Below are positions 21,181-31,370 of a stretch of DNA of 64,000 nucleotides, in pieces. The position numbers were made by a program, and so were the translations under genes. Under the pieces are notes generated by a model. It had not been told where the DNA came from. It did no database searches and was given only the letters and a program-made list of their open reading frames with translations. Each line of letters opens with the position of its first letter. Within the stretch, counting starts at the first letter, position 1. Source of the stretch: Vulcanimicrobiota bacterium (GTDB taxonomy: Bacteria > Vulcanimicrobiota > Vulcanimicrobiia > Vulcanimicrobiales > Vulcanimicrobiaceae); the NCBI GenBank assembly GCA_963820825.1, contig CAWGBN010000006.1:448001-512000 (forward strand). The letters run 5' to 3'.

Positions 21181-21210
21181 GGTATTGGGACAAGCCACTA
21201 GAAACCGGTA

Positions 21211-21780
21211 TCATCGCCCCCCACCCTTGTTCCGTCCGGGTTTCGTCCGGGTTGTTACTCGTCGCTCCGTCGCCGTGATGGATCGCTCGACCGCCTCCTG
21301 CTCGACCGAGGCAGTCGTAACGCCCCGGTCGCTGCCGTCGGAGGCGTCGTAGTAGTGCAGCAGCTTCATGCAGGCGTCGAGTCTCGTGCGATAGTCGGGC
21401 CAGGAATCGCCATATGGTCCGCCCGGCTTCTCAGCGCCCAACGCGATCGTCACGAGCTGTTCAAGCACGGCGCTCAGGAGGGGCTTCTGCTTCACATACA
21501 TGAGACGGAGTTCGGCGGCAATCCGCGCGCGGACGGTCGGCGCCGCGAGCGATTCTGCGATCGTAGAAGGAGCACGCCCCTCGGCCTGCGCTATCTCACG
21601 GATGCTCTTGCCCTGAACGCGCGCGATGGCACGCCGCTCCTGCGTAGGGCTGAGGCTTTCACGCCGAGCTAGTTCCGCTTTGAGGATGGATCGCACGGCG
21701 CCGTAAACCTCGGGCGAGTCGAGGACCTCGGAAACTCTAATCCGGGCCTTCAGGTCATCCACTGCAGGCTTCTCGCTCAT
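21211..21780 (-). CDS. HTH protein, possibly terminase small subunit-like
   Basis: GKSIREIAQAEGRAPSTI HTH followed by helical PDYRTRLDACMKLL; position after primase in a satellite-like cluster. Confidence 0.45.
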   Translation of the reverse strand: MSEKPAVDDLKARIRVSEVLDSPEVYGAVRSILKAELARRESLSPTQERRAIARVQGKSIREIAQAEGRAPSTIAESLAAPTVRARIAAELRLMYVKQKPLLSAVLEQLVTIALGAEKPGGPYGDSWPDYRTRLDACMKLLHYYDASDGSDRGVTTASVEQEAVERSITATERRVTTRTKPGRNKGGGR

Positions 21781-23810
21781 GCCGCATCCTCGGAACAGGT
21801 GCGGCACACGAAGGTCCCGTCGGCACAATCGAAGCCTAACGCGATGGTCTTACATTTGCGGCAGACCTTTCCGCGATACGAGAGCGGCCCCGTTCGCGCC
21901 GCATTCGTGCCATTCGTGCCAGGTGTTTCATCGCGGCGCGAATGGCGCGAATGGTCCTCACCTGCCGCGATTGTCATCTCTTGAGAAGGCGGATGCCATA
22001 CTGAGCCACTGCCGAAGCCGCGCCGTTCGATCCTGACGCCGAGCCGCCGCGCAGCGCGCTGGAGCGTTCGCTTCGAGATGCGCTGTTTGTCTGCTACGCC
22101 AAAGAGCTCACTCGCCGGCATCGGTTCGCGTAGCATCGAGTAGAGAAACTCCTCGGCGACGGTCCGGTCGTCCCCATCGTCGCGCTGTGCTACGGCCTCG
22201 TCGGCGCTAATCTCGACGCGCTGGCCCCATACCGCGCGACCTACCGGGTGTGCGAAGCACGGAATCGCGGCCTCCGCGATCGTGAAGGCGTAACTGTCGC
22301 CTATAGGTCCCACGTTGTTGCCAGCGTGGGCGAAGATACGCCGCGTCGCGTCGTCTGGGTCGAGCGCGACGCTTAACGTAGAGCGTCCGAGAGCCCCGAA
22401 TCCGACCGAGCCGATGCCCTTGTCCAGTGCCGAACCGGTCGCCTTTCGAACGTGCCGCACGATGAGTGCTCCCACGTTGAGCTTGCGAGCCATCGCGATG
22501 AACGGGACCATCTTCTCGTATGCCTCGGTGTAGCTCGTTGCATCCTTCACGCCGAGAATGCCAAACGTTCCATCCACGAACACGAGCGAGACGCCTTGCC
22601 CGGTTAGGCTCGATTCGATAGCCGGAAGGTCCGCAAGGAAAGAAACCTGACGCCCCTCGCCGTTCTCCGTTGCGTGGATGAAAGAAACTCGCTTGAGGTC
22701 CGCACCGGCTGCGATGAGACGCGGGACAAGCGTTCGCGCCGGATCGTCCTCGCAGGTGATGATGGCGACGCTCGCGCACTCGATTGGCTCGCCGTTGACA
22801 AACGGCGCCCCCGTCGTGATCCGAGCGATAATGTCGAGCGCCAGCATCGTTTTTCCCGTTTTCGTGACGCCCTCAAGCCATGTCGCTTCGCCGCGCGGGA
22901 TGTACGGCCGAACGATGTAGTCCGTCTCTACCGGCGCGATCGTATCGGCGGCGACGAGCCGCACGACACGGCCGCGTTTCTCTCTGTCGAATCTCGGCGC
23001 GCTTTCGATTGCCTTCGCGAGTACCTCGGCACCGTCGCGCTTGAGAAGGTCGCTCGCGTCGAATCCGTCATCGCGATTCGGATCGAGGTCGAGGGCCCGA
23101 ACGTCGTCGCAGATTGTCGAGAGAAGCGCCGCGCGCTGGTTTGCGGCCTTGCGCCCTGGTGCGTCGCAATCGGCGATAACGACGATTTTTCGGGCGCCAG
23201 TGAAGTGTGCGCACCATTCTTGGGGCCACTTGAAACTCGAGCCGCCGGAGTTCGTCGTCGCTGCGTAGCCCTGGTTGACGAGATTCCAAACGTCTTTCTC
23301 GCCCTCTACTACGACGATCGTCTTACCGTCAGCGATAGCCGTGCGAAGTTCCGGCAACCGATACGGTACGTGCGGAACGCCGTGGAGGTTTGGAGCACCG
23401 TCGGCGCGACGTTGTTTAAACACCTTACCGGCGGCCCGCTCGACGATGTAGAGTAGCTTACCGCTCTCGTCGCGGTATTGGTATGTTTCCGTCTCGGCCG
23501 AGTCGGTAGGTACTGTGCGTAGAGGCTGTCGTGAACCTCGCTCTGGTCGCTTGTCAATGAGCCAGGTTAGAGCCTCGGCCTCGTTCCGGGCGCTGCTAGA
23601 GTGAATGACGAGCGCGATGCTGCGCCCGCCGACACCGCAGGGATCGCAATGCCAAACGTCTTTGTCAACGTTCACGCGTAATGACGGATGCCGGTCTGCG
23701 TGCGCTGGATTCACGCAAGGCAGAACTGTGTCTCGCCCCAGGCGCTTACCTTCGGCACCGGGGCGTAGGAGCCGATACGTTTCGAGGACGCTAGGAAGGG
23801 CGTCGCCCAT
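21777..23810 (-). CDS. Primase-helicase (CHC2-like Zn finger, TOPRIM, AAA_25/RecA-like ATPase)
   Basis: CVNPAHADRHPSL..WHCDPCG, VVEGEKD, IADCDAPG, GVTKTGKT, LIVRHVRK. Confidence 0.88.
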   Translation of the reverse strand: MGDALPSVLETYRLLRPGAEGKRLGRDTVLPCVNPAHADRHPSLRVNVDKDVWHCDPCGVGGRSIALVIHSSSARNEAEALTWLIDKRPERGSRQPLRTVPTDSAETETYQYRDESGKLLYIVERAAGKVFKQRRADGAPNLHGVPHVPYRLPELRTAIADGKTIVVVEGEKDVWNLVNQGYAATTNSGGSSFKWPQEWCAHFTGARKIVVIADCDAPGRKAANQRAALLSTICDDVRALDLDPNRDDGFDASDLLKRDGAEVLAKAIESAPRFDREKRGRVVRLVAADTIAPVETDYIVRPYIPRGEATWLEGVTKTGKTMLALDIIARITTGAPFVNGEPIECASVAIITCEDDPARTLVPRLIAAGADLKRVSFIHATENGEGRQVSFLADLPAIESSLTGQGVSLVFVDGTFGILGVKDATSYTEAYEKMVPFIAMARKLNVGALIVRHVRKATGSALDKGIGSVGFGALGRSTLSVALDPDDATRRIFAHAGNNVGPIGDSYAFTIAEAAIPCFAHPVGRAVWGQRVEISADEAVAQRDDGDDRTVAEEFLYSMLREPMPASELFGVADKQRISKRTLQRAARRLGVRIERRGFGSGSVWHPPSQEMTIAAGEDHSRHSRRDETPGTNGTNAARTGPLSYRGKVCRKCKTIALGFDCADGTFVCRTCSEDAA

Positions 23811-24058
23811 TAGAGGCCCTCGCGCGTCGCCAGGAAGTCCGCGATCGCCTGTAGCGTGATTAGCCGACGCCGACCGATGCGAAGCGAGCGAATTTCGCCG
23901 CTTCGGCAGAGCGTCTTCATAGTGCTAAGCGAAACGCTGCAGCGTCTCGCCCCTTCGGAGAGTGAAACCGCGCCTATGGTCGCCGCGTTACCCTGCGGCT
24001 TAGGGTGAATGGCGCTCTGTGCACCGTGGCAAATTTCCATGACCTGAGGATGCGCCAA
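23810..24058 (-). CDS. Excisionase-like (HTH_17/AlpA-type) DNA-binding protein
   Basis: VSLSEGARRCSVSLSTMKTL.RSGEIRSLRIGRRRLI; start uncertain. Confidence 0.8.
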   Translation of the reverse strand: MAHPQVMEICHGAQSAIHPKPQGNAATIGAVSLSEGARRCSVSLSTMKTLCRSGEIRSLRIGRRRLITLQAIADFLATREGL

Positions 24059-24081
24059 GGAAACGCGCGAAAGAGGGGGGC

Positions 24082-24975
24082 ATGTCCACGCTGTTTTCAG
24101 AGGACGATACCCCCCGGAAACGGGCTACGTTCCGGGTTCAAAGCCTCAACGCGCTTGGTGAGTTTTCGGCACCACAAGAGTACCGGGTATTCGAGCTTAC
24201 CGACGCCGAGTTCAACTCCGCCCGTCAGGCCGTGGAATATTCCCGGGAGCGGATCAAGGCGAACGGCGGAAGGTGCGGCTATCGCAGCATCGATAAGCGC
24301 GCCGGTCGCGAAGGGTCAGGGTGGGCGAAAGAGCTTCTGAGCGGGGAGCCGCGCAAGTGGAGCTTTAACGCGGCCATGAAGCTCATGGGCGCCATTGAGG
24401 AGTGCGAACGCGGGCGAGTGCTTAGGGCGCTTTGCGTGAAGAACGGCACCAGCGAACAAGAGCTTCAGCGACGCCACGAGGATTGGCGGGCGGCTGCGAT
24501 CGCAAGCGCTGCGAAGAAGACCGGCGAGGTTGTCGGTGGAATTGAAGTCACGTGGGGCGGAGCGATTCCGCTGGAGTTTGACGATTTCGTCACTAGCCAA
24601 TGCGACAGAGAAACGATGCAGACGATTGACGGCGCTCGACATGCGCTGCTCTTTCGTCAAGTCGTCTCGAGCGGTACGAGTTCGGGCGAGCCGTATCAGT
24701 GCGCCATGCTCTACGAGCCGGATGCAGCATTCGCGATCGCCGCGACAATATCGCGTTACCTCTCCGATAAGGGGATGATCTACGGGGCCGCGGGCGAGCA
24801 GTACAAAAAAGTCTTCCCCGTGCTGTTGGAGCTTCTTAGAACAACCGATGATGACCTTCAATCGTTTCGCAATCGATGCCGGTGGACATTCTGGTCACAT
24901 TTCCGACGATGGGACCCGGAGGCCGTTATGGAAATAGAGCGTCGGATGAACGCGCTGAACGTGGGGATGGGCTAA
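24082..24975 (+). CDS. Hypothetical protein divergent from the xis-pri operon (possible repressor)
   Basis: 297-aa ORF with GAGGGGG RBS; position typical of satellite regulators; weak HTH-like segment YRSIDKRAGREGSGWAKELL. Confidence 0.55.
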   Translation: MSTLFSEDDTPRKRATFRVQSLNALGEFSAPQEYRVFELTDAEFNSARQAVEYSRERIKANGGRCGYRSIDKRAGREGSGWAKELLSGEPRKWSFNAAMKLMGAIEECERGRVLRALCVKNGTSEQELQRRHEDWRAAAIASAAKKTGEVVGGIEVTWGGAIPLEFDDFVTSQCDRETMQTIDGARHALLFRQVVSSGTSSGEPYQCAMLYEPDAAFAIAATISRYLSDKGMIYGAAGEQYKKVFPVLLELLRTTDDDLQSFRNRCRWTFWSHFRRWDPEAVMEIERRMNALNVGMG

Positions 24976-25048
24976 TAAGCATGATTGCATACTTGACATG
25001 GAATCGCGGGCCACAAGCTATCGGCGCCATGCCGCTTCCGCCTGCGCC

Positions 25049-25099
25049 ATGAAAAACCGCCTTTATTACGGCGACAACCTGGACATCATGCGCCGGTAT
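25049..25099 (+). pseudogene. 5' fragment of a site-specific DNA methyltransferase
   Basis: MKNRLYYGDNLDIMRRY is the conserved N4/N6-MTase start, then an abrupt fusion to an IS21 fragment. Confidence 0.6.
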
Positions 25100-25272
25100 C
25101 TTCATCACAGCCATCTTATCGAGATCCGCGGCAAGAGCTATCGCCTTCACGAATCGAGCGTTGCGGCACGCCAACGCAAGGTTCGGGAACCCGCCTAGCC
25201 AAGAAGGAATGCCATATAACTCCTTCTGAGCTAGACGACGGCTTTTGGCCGCATTTCAAGTGGCCACCGAGG
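25100..25272 (+). mobile_element. IS21-family remnant (istB 3' end plus probable right end)
   Basis: LHHSHLIEIRGKSYRL is the IstB C-terminal motif; TGGCCGCATTTCAAGTGGCCACCGAGG resembles an IS21 terminus. Confidence 0.65.
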
Positions 25273-25633
25273 CGGTACGCCGCCCGGGATCAAAGGCTTC
25301 TGATGCGTCGTCGAGCCAAGGGAGGCCCACCACTGACGAGCTGCCTTGCGATTTGCAAAACAGCTATGGCAGTGGTCCGCGCAGAGAGGGTATCCCTTTT
25401 GAGCGCCGGGCGCCTCTTATAATAGGCACCTGCTAATAGGCACCTGCCCCATGCGGTGGTCGCTGACGAGCTGGTATTATCGCTTCGGATGCTGCTAGGC
25501 CATTGCCTATCCGGCATTTCTGCGGGATGGCTAGAATCGCCGCGGAGTTCGCGAATTGGCGGCTCAGCCCTTTCCGAGATTGACTAACGTACCTTGCCTT
25601 AAAGGCAGAACGTCCGGAGGAGTTTACTTAACC

Positions 25634-26671
25634 ATGATTTGCTTAGATTCGATTAAGCGCGGCGCCACAATAGCAACGGTCTTAATGGCCGTCGTAGGGT
25701 GCAGCAACGGTCCCGGTATCTCTCCGTCGGCGATGGTAAGCGCGCCCACCATCAAAGACCTTGCGACGGGCGACCTACGGCCTCTTGGCCAGCACAAACT
25801 TCGGGGCAACGTGGCTCCTGCCGCCGCAACGCGCGGCATTTACGTCGCTCCGGTCAGTGCAGGCTATGTCCTTGGATACAAATACAATAACTCCAAGAAT
25901 AAAGGTACCATCTGTACCATCAAGGGTGCCCCGGGAAATAATCTCAGCGCGGATCAGCATGGAAACTTGATTGACCCAGATGCGGACCCCTACTTGCCTC
26001 ATATGATAGAGGTCTATCAAGGACGGGAGATGTGTGGGACACTTGCTGGGGAAATCCAGGACCCATACGGGCAGCCCTCCGACGCGGCGAGCGGGAACGC
26101 ACTAACACGTGAAATCGCAGTCGCAAATATATTCGATGACTATAACCAGCCAGGCAGCATTTCGGTCTGCTCGCTCGCAAGCGGTTGCACACGTAATCTC
26201 ACGAATCCGGCCATGTACGTCGTCCTTGGCGTTGCTATGGACCGCCGCGGGAACTGCTGGGCAGACGCAAATGACTATTCGAATAAGTCTCACTTAGTCT
26301 ACTTTGCGCACTGCAATGGCGTCGGAGCACTTGCAACAGGTTTCGAAAATACCTCGTACGGTGGCCTGGATGTTGACTCAGACGGCAATCTGGTAACCAT
26401 TAGTGCACACCAATACGCGGTTTACGTGTACTCTGGCTGTAAGCCAGCTTGTACACTCGTTGGCGGGCCAATGTCGTTGATTGGCGGTTCCATTTTTGGA
26501 CACTTGAACCACGCGGGGACGAAGTTCGCGGTTGCTGATATTACAAATCACCAAATCGATATCTATAACTACACGCCGACAAGTCTAGTCTATCAATATA
26601 GCTTCAACAAGGGGCTCTCGCCGAGTCAGGAAATCCTCGGGGTTACCTACAGTCCCGGCTCAAAACGATAG
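25634..26671 (+). CDS. Secreted Cys-rich beta-propeller lipoprotein
   Basis: VVGC lipobox; DPYGQPSD, GVAMDRRGNCW, GGLDVDSDGNL blades. Confidence 0.75.
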   Translation: MICLDSIKRGATIATVLMAVVGCSNGPGISPSAMVSAPTIKDLATGDLRPLGQHKLRGNVAPAAATRGIYVAPVSAGYVLGYKYNNSKNKGTICTIKGAPGNNLSADQHGNLIDPDADPYLPHMIEVYQGREMCGTLAGEIQDPYGQPSDAASGNALTREIAVANIFDDYNQPGSISVCSLASGCTRNLTNPAMYVVLGVAMDRRGNCWADANDYSNKSHLVYFAHCNGVGALATGFENTSYGGLDVDSDGNLVTISAHQYAVYVYSGCKPACTLVGGPMSLIGGSIFGHLNHAGTKFAVADITNHQIDIYNYTPTSLVYQYSFNKGLSPSQEILGVTYSPGSKR

Positions 26672-26841
26672 CGCACTTCAGCTCAGAGGAAACGCCTGGC
26701 TGAGATACGCCGGAAGAGCACCTACGGGTGATCGGCGAGGGAAAACAAAACCTGCGGTGCTCTTTCCTAAAAATGACGTTTTCCAGTGTGTACACGGAAA
26801 TAGGCAACATTTAGAAATTAACTCGTAAGGAAGGAAGTGAA

Positions 26842-27654
26842 GTGCGGCCCATAAAGGTCGGCATAATCGGTTTTGGGACAATCGGCCGGGCGATCGGCGC
26901 AAGAATTCGCGAGCACGCTTCCGTCAGCGATGTTTATGCCACTAACCGAAGTGGAAAGTTTCCGTCGGAACTCCATGGTTTTGTTACTGGATATGGGAAT
27001 CACGCTACGGCAGAGCGTACAGATGTCGTAATGCTCTGCGTAAAACCACTTCAGCTTAGAGGAGTACTTCGAGAAATAGCTGCTGCCTTAAATGGCGATA
27101 AGATCCTCGTAACTTGCGCAGGATCGTTATCCACTGTAACAATTTGCGATTGGCTCGGTAAGGCCGTTCCCGTGATTCGTGCGATGCCGAATATGCCGTG
27201 CAGGATAGGCCAAGGTATGACGGCTCTTGCCCGTGGGCACGGCGTGACATCCGAGCAGTTAGCGATCGTTGAATCTCTCTTTGCGGCGATAGGGCGTATT
27301 GCACTAATTGATGAGCATCTAATGAATGCTGCAACCGCGATCAGCGGCTGTGGCCCCGCATATGCGTACTTGGTAATGGAAGCGCTGTACGAGGCGGGCG
27401 TAAGACTGGGTTTACCAAGAGAAGTCGCGAGGCTGCTAGTGGCCCAAACCACGATGGGTTCTGCAAAGGTGCTTCTGGAAACGGATCTGAATCCGGCACT
27501 CTTGAAAGACGAGGTTGCAACCCCCGCCGGCTGCACGGTTGAGGGATTAGCAGAACTGGAAGAGGGGAGAATCCGACATGCCTTCCTGCGAGCCGCTGAG
27601 GCTGCAGCTAAGCGCAGCATAAGTCTCACAGCAGAGGCCGCTTCTGAGATGTGA
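26842..27654 (+). CDS. proC: Pyrroline-5-carboxylate reductase
   Basis: GIIGFGTIG, LCVKP, VIRAMPN, TAISGCGPAY, LKDEVATPAGCT. Confidence 0.92.
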   Translation: MRPIKVGIIGFGTIGRAIGARIREHASVSDVYATNRSGKFPSELHGFVTGYGNHATAERTDVVMLCVKPLQLRGVLREIAAALNGDKILVTCAGSLSTVTICDWLGKAVPVIRAMPNMPCRIGQGMTALARGHGVTSEQLAIVESLFAAIGRIALIDEHLMNAATAISGCGPAYAYLVMEALYEAGVRLGLPREVARLLVAQTTMGSAKVLLETDLNPALLKDEVATPAGCTVEGLAELEEGRIRHAFLRAAEAAAKRSISLTAEAASEM

Positions 27655-27806
27655 CGGGTGAACCCCTTCCGACGAAGGGAAGACCCCGACGAAAGGTAAC
27701 GGTGATCATGAGTTTATGAAGGAGCGCTGATTCCGCTTATTTAAGGTTTGCTCCGCCTTGGATGCCGCGTAGCATTGCGAAAAAGTGGACTTAGCTGGCG
27801 CTTGTA

Positions 27807-30491
27807 TTGGTGAGTGCAATAGTGGAACACGGTTCAGATATGCGCGCTCCTGCGACGGTCAAAGTGTCATCGTCTAGCGACGCGACGAGCCTTGGAGTAG
27901 GTAGTCGGCCCAAAGTTCCTTTGCTGAATTCGCGGGCCGCGCTGACCGCTGTTCAGGATATTCTGCTTCAGGAAGCAGCAAGTGGAGCGACTATTTTGGT
28001 CGGCGCTGAACGTGGCCTGGGGAAAACTCATTTTCTCGACCAGGTCAAGCGTTTTGCAAGTGCTCAGGATGCAGTTGTCGATTATCAAAGCGGATCAGAC
28101 CTACTGGCAGACCGAGGTAACTGGTCTGGGCCAGTCGGTATTGGCACGCGGCGCTGGGGCGTCTCCATAATCGACGACCTACATGCAGTGAAGGCAAGCG
28201 TGCTGCGGGGCTTTGTACAACTGTGTGAAGTGTCGACGAAGCGTCCAGTTCTTTTGTTAGCCTCGTATATTGACGATTACTCCGTGCTCAGCGAAAACGT
28301 CAGTGATGCCATTTCCCGTGCGATCCACTTGGGTGCGTCTTGCCTATACCTGGCACCTCTCGACGATCGCGATATGCTGTTACTTTTTGAATCGCTCGAG
28401 AATAGCTATCACCTGAGTGTCGACAACGAAGTCAAACAAGACATCATTGAGATGGCTAACGGGAACCCAGGCTTACTCAAAGAACTCTTGCGAGACCTCC
28501 GCTCGGGAGTGTTAGATAAGCACTTGGTCCCGACTAGCGTTTACGTTCGCAACGCGCGAGTGCAAGCGCAGATGTCCCCCGACCTCTATGCAATCCTTCA
28601 AACTGCCGCTGTAATCGGAAGTCGTTTTTACTTTGCTCAGCTTTTGGAATTGATCGATGCTTCAGCGACAAAGATAGCCCTGGCGCTACAACTTGCACGT
28701 AATTTGAACGTTATTGCCGAGGACAGAGAAGACTCTAACTGCTTCTTATTCGTGCAACCAGCGATGCGCAAGGCTATCTATCATACGATGATAGCTGTAC
28801 GCCGACGGTACCTTCATGCTCTAGTCGCGGACCAGCTACGGAATGACGATGGCGCGTCGGCGAGCTGGAGTGAGAAAGAGCGCGAGCTAGGACTGCACCT
28901 GATCTCCGCGGGCAGGTCGGAGGCAGCTCTCCCTCATCTGCTGAGGGCGGCCGACTCCGCGTTCGGCGATGGAGACCGTGAGTCTGCTCTCCGTCTTTAC
29001 AAGTATATTCTCCTATCAGTCGGCGAGACTTCTGAGATTTGGCGACATGTTCACGACCGCATCGCCTCGTGTTATCATTTGATGAACGATTCAAGAAAGG
29101 CAATTGCGCATCTACTAGCACTGGGAGACTTCTTCCGTCGAAACGAGGATCTTCGGGGACGCCTCTCGATTCTAGCGAGGCTTATTCGCATATACGACAA
29201 CCATAGCGAGGCGGCGCTTGCCAAGCAGACATTCGAGGAGTTCAAGAGTGTCGCTGCATTAGGGGGCTGTGCTGAGCATGTCGCCGATGGATACTTATTA
29301 TGGACATGGCATCTTTGGTATTCCGGGAAACGAACGGAAGCAACAGCAAATATTAAAGAACTTGTGGCGCGGTGTAAAGACTCATTGAAATCATATGTCC
29401 CTTTAATGCTTGCACAAGGAATCATCTTTGCTAAGGATCGATCGCCGGAAATGACCTTTGGGCTAGTTGAAGAAGCCGCTCACGTAGCTGCCAAGACCAA
29501 CGTTGCCATGTACGGGTACTATCTTCATGCTAGTGAGATGGCATGGGAACTGGGCTACCTGCAACAGGCAATCAATTATAACGAGCGCGCGCGGCTCGAC
29601 ATGTCTCCGTTGAGCCAGCATAACCAAATGCGGAACCAGATGGCGGCGATCATTAGCATGAAGATCGCGCTAGATTTGGGCCGTTTACAATCATTCCGTG
29701 AACACGCGGAATGGCTTCAGCAACATGGGGTATTCAAGGTGCCCACGGCAGCGCTGTCGACGCTTATAGGCGTTCGAATCGGGGACCCGTTGCTGGTGGA
29801 TGATTGGTTTCGCGGCGATTTGTTAGCAGACGAGGTTAGTTCGGGAAATTTCCAGTGGACGAGCTTGCTTATTGCCGGGTTCGCCGAAACGATGGTCTTG
29901 CGTGGATATACAAAGCAACTACGACTTTCTCTTCATCGCATCGTTAGAAGCACGGCACCTGACCCTCGATATTGGATACCGCTCGCGATTGCCCAGCATG
30001 GTTTTCGTGGCGATGTTGCAGCAGCAAGGGAGCGCATCGTGCGCGAAACCCGTGGTCAGAACGCGGCGATTGCAAAGGCGTCTCTAGCTCTGTTTGAAGG
30101 TATTCTTGCCTCGCGGTTTGGCGACAAGCACCAGGCCAAGGTCGACGGGAAGCGGGCTGCTGCCCTCTTCGGGGAACTCGGGTGGCCATTAATGGTTGCG
30201 AAGTCACTAGAAATAGCAGGATGCCTTGAGGCGGCACGCGAGGGATATCGCACCTGTCAAGCTTGGGGTGATGTTTCACGGCTTTCCCTACGGAGTGTCA
30301 AGCGCCGTAGTTCAGACTTAACGCCACGCGAAGCCGAAGTCAAGTTGCTCCTTGAACGAGGCATGAGCAATCTAGAGATCGCCAGTTCCTTGTCCATCAG
30401 CGGGCGGACCGCTGCGCATCACGTCGAGGCGGTCTTGGGTAAACTGGGGTTACGTTCTCGCTGGCAGCTCGTTCAACAGCGTAACTGTTAG
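27807..30491 (+). CDS. Large ATP-binding LuxR-family (LAL/MalT-like) regulator
   Basis: GAERGLGKT P-loop, IIDDLH, ANGNPG, TPR-like helical middle, C-terminal LTPREAEV..GMSNLEIA..LSISGRT..HV..VLGKLGL; start uncertain. Confidence 0.85.
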   Translation: MVSAIVEHGSDMRAPATVKVSSSSDATSLGVGSRPKVPLLNSRAALTAVQDILLQEAASGATILVGAERGLGKTHFLDQVKRFASAQDAVVDYQSGSDLLADRGNWSGPVGIGTRRWGVSIIDDLHAVKASVLRGFVQLCEVSTKRPVLLLASYIDDYSVLSENVSDAISRAIHLGASCLYLAPLDDRDMLLLFESLENSYHLSVDNEVKQDIIEMANGNPGLLKELLRDLRSGVLDKHLVPTSVYVRNARVQAQMSPDLYAILQTAAVIGSRFYFAQLLELIDASATKIALALQLARNLNVIAEDREDSNCFLFVQPAMRKAIYHTMIAVRRRYLHALVADQLRNDDGASASWSEKERELGLHLISAGRSEAALPHLLRAADSAFGDGDRESALRLYKYILLSVGETSEIWRHVHDRIASCYHLMNDSRKAIAHLLALGDFFRRNEDLRGRLSILARLIRIYDNHSEAALAKQTFEEFKSVAALGGCAEHVADGYLLWTWHLWYSGKRTEATANIKELVARCKDSLKSYVPLMLAQGIIFAKDRSPEMTFGLVEEAAHVAAKTNVAMYGYYLHASEMAWELGYLQQAINYNERARLDMSPLSQHNQMRNQMAAIISMKIALDLGRLQSFREHAEWLQQHGVFKVPTAALSTLIGVRIGDPLLVDDWFRGDLLADEVSSGNFQWTSLLIAGFAETMVLRGYTKQLRLSLHRIVRSTAPDPRYWIPLAIAQHGFRGDVAAARERIVRETRGQNAAIAKASLALFEGILASRFGDKHQAKVDGKRAAALFGELGWPLMVAKSLEIAGCLEAAREGYRTCQAWGDVSRLSLRSVKRRSSDLTPREAEVKLLLERGMSNLEIASSLSISGRTAAHHVEAVLGKLGLRSRWQLVQQRNC

Positions 30492-31047
30492 GTGGGGCAT
30501 GACAGCCAGGCAAGAGCGTGCGGATCATTCTATTCTAGCCAAGGCTTATCCGACTTTTCCGACGTCTTGCGGGCGCAACATCGGTCACCGTTTAGGTGCT
30601 CGATGGAGTCTCTCCTTAGGGTACGCCGATGCACTACGTGCGCGACAGCGCACGCTTCGTGCGGGCGCCGCGCGGTCTCCGCGAACTCGATCGCCGGTGG
30701 ACGGCGGCCGAGCGCGACCTGTGGTCGGAGCTCGGGCGTGCCCAAACGGAGCGCGAAAGTTCCTTCGAGTGCGCGATTCGCAGCATCCCAATACCGTTTG
30801 GCGTGAGCGTCAAAATCTGCCATCGCCTGCTGGGCCATTCATACCGATAGTGTTTGGCAGCGCTCCCGGTGCTGACAAGTACGACGAGGAAACAGTATCC
30901 ATTTATAATCGCGAGTTTGCCGCTGGAGCCAAAGAGTTCCGGGAAAACTTTACGGACGGATACTTCGACCCAAAGCTCGATGAAATCATCGGCAATGGTA
31001 GCGCCGGGAATGTGTTGGGATAGGTCCCAAATCGGGAGCCAGGGATA

Positions 31048-31195
31048 ACTGTGGATTTCCGCCCAAACGGGCAAGAGAGGAGATCCACGCATGCGCAAGA
31101 GCCGGTTCACCGAGGCTCAGATCGTCGCGATCGTCCGAGAGTACGATGCCGGCACGCCGGTCGCGGAGTTGGCGCGCAAACCCTCGAGGGGCTGA
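31048..31195 (+). mobile_element. IS3-family remnant (left end and truncated orfA)
   Basis: MRKSRFTEAQIVAIVREYDAGTPVAELARK from ATG 31091, then breaks off. Confidence 0.7.
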
Positions 31196-31269
31196 CGTGA
31201 GGTGGCGTTTGGCACAACTCATAACTGTGAGGGTGGAATGATTGAAAAGGTTCGGGCGAACTCCTTCGG

Positions 31270-31370
31270 GGTTCGATAGCCGAGCGAAGAATGCGGGCGG
31301 ATCGCGGGGACAGTGGGCCGATGCCTCCGCTCCACCCTTCGCTAAGCAACTTTGTGCGTAGTGACGTGCA
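31270..31370 (-). pseudogene. Fragment of an integrase related to the element 1 integrase
   Basis: SLRTKLLSEGWSGGIGPLSPRSAR versus QLRTDLVSKGWSGGAGPLSPRSVR in the intact integrase. Confidence 0.75.

Noticed and set aside
30499..31023. ORFs between the LuxR gene and the IS3 remnant
   Set aside because: Conflicting overlapping frames with no recognisable family; probably fragments
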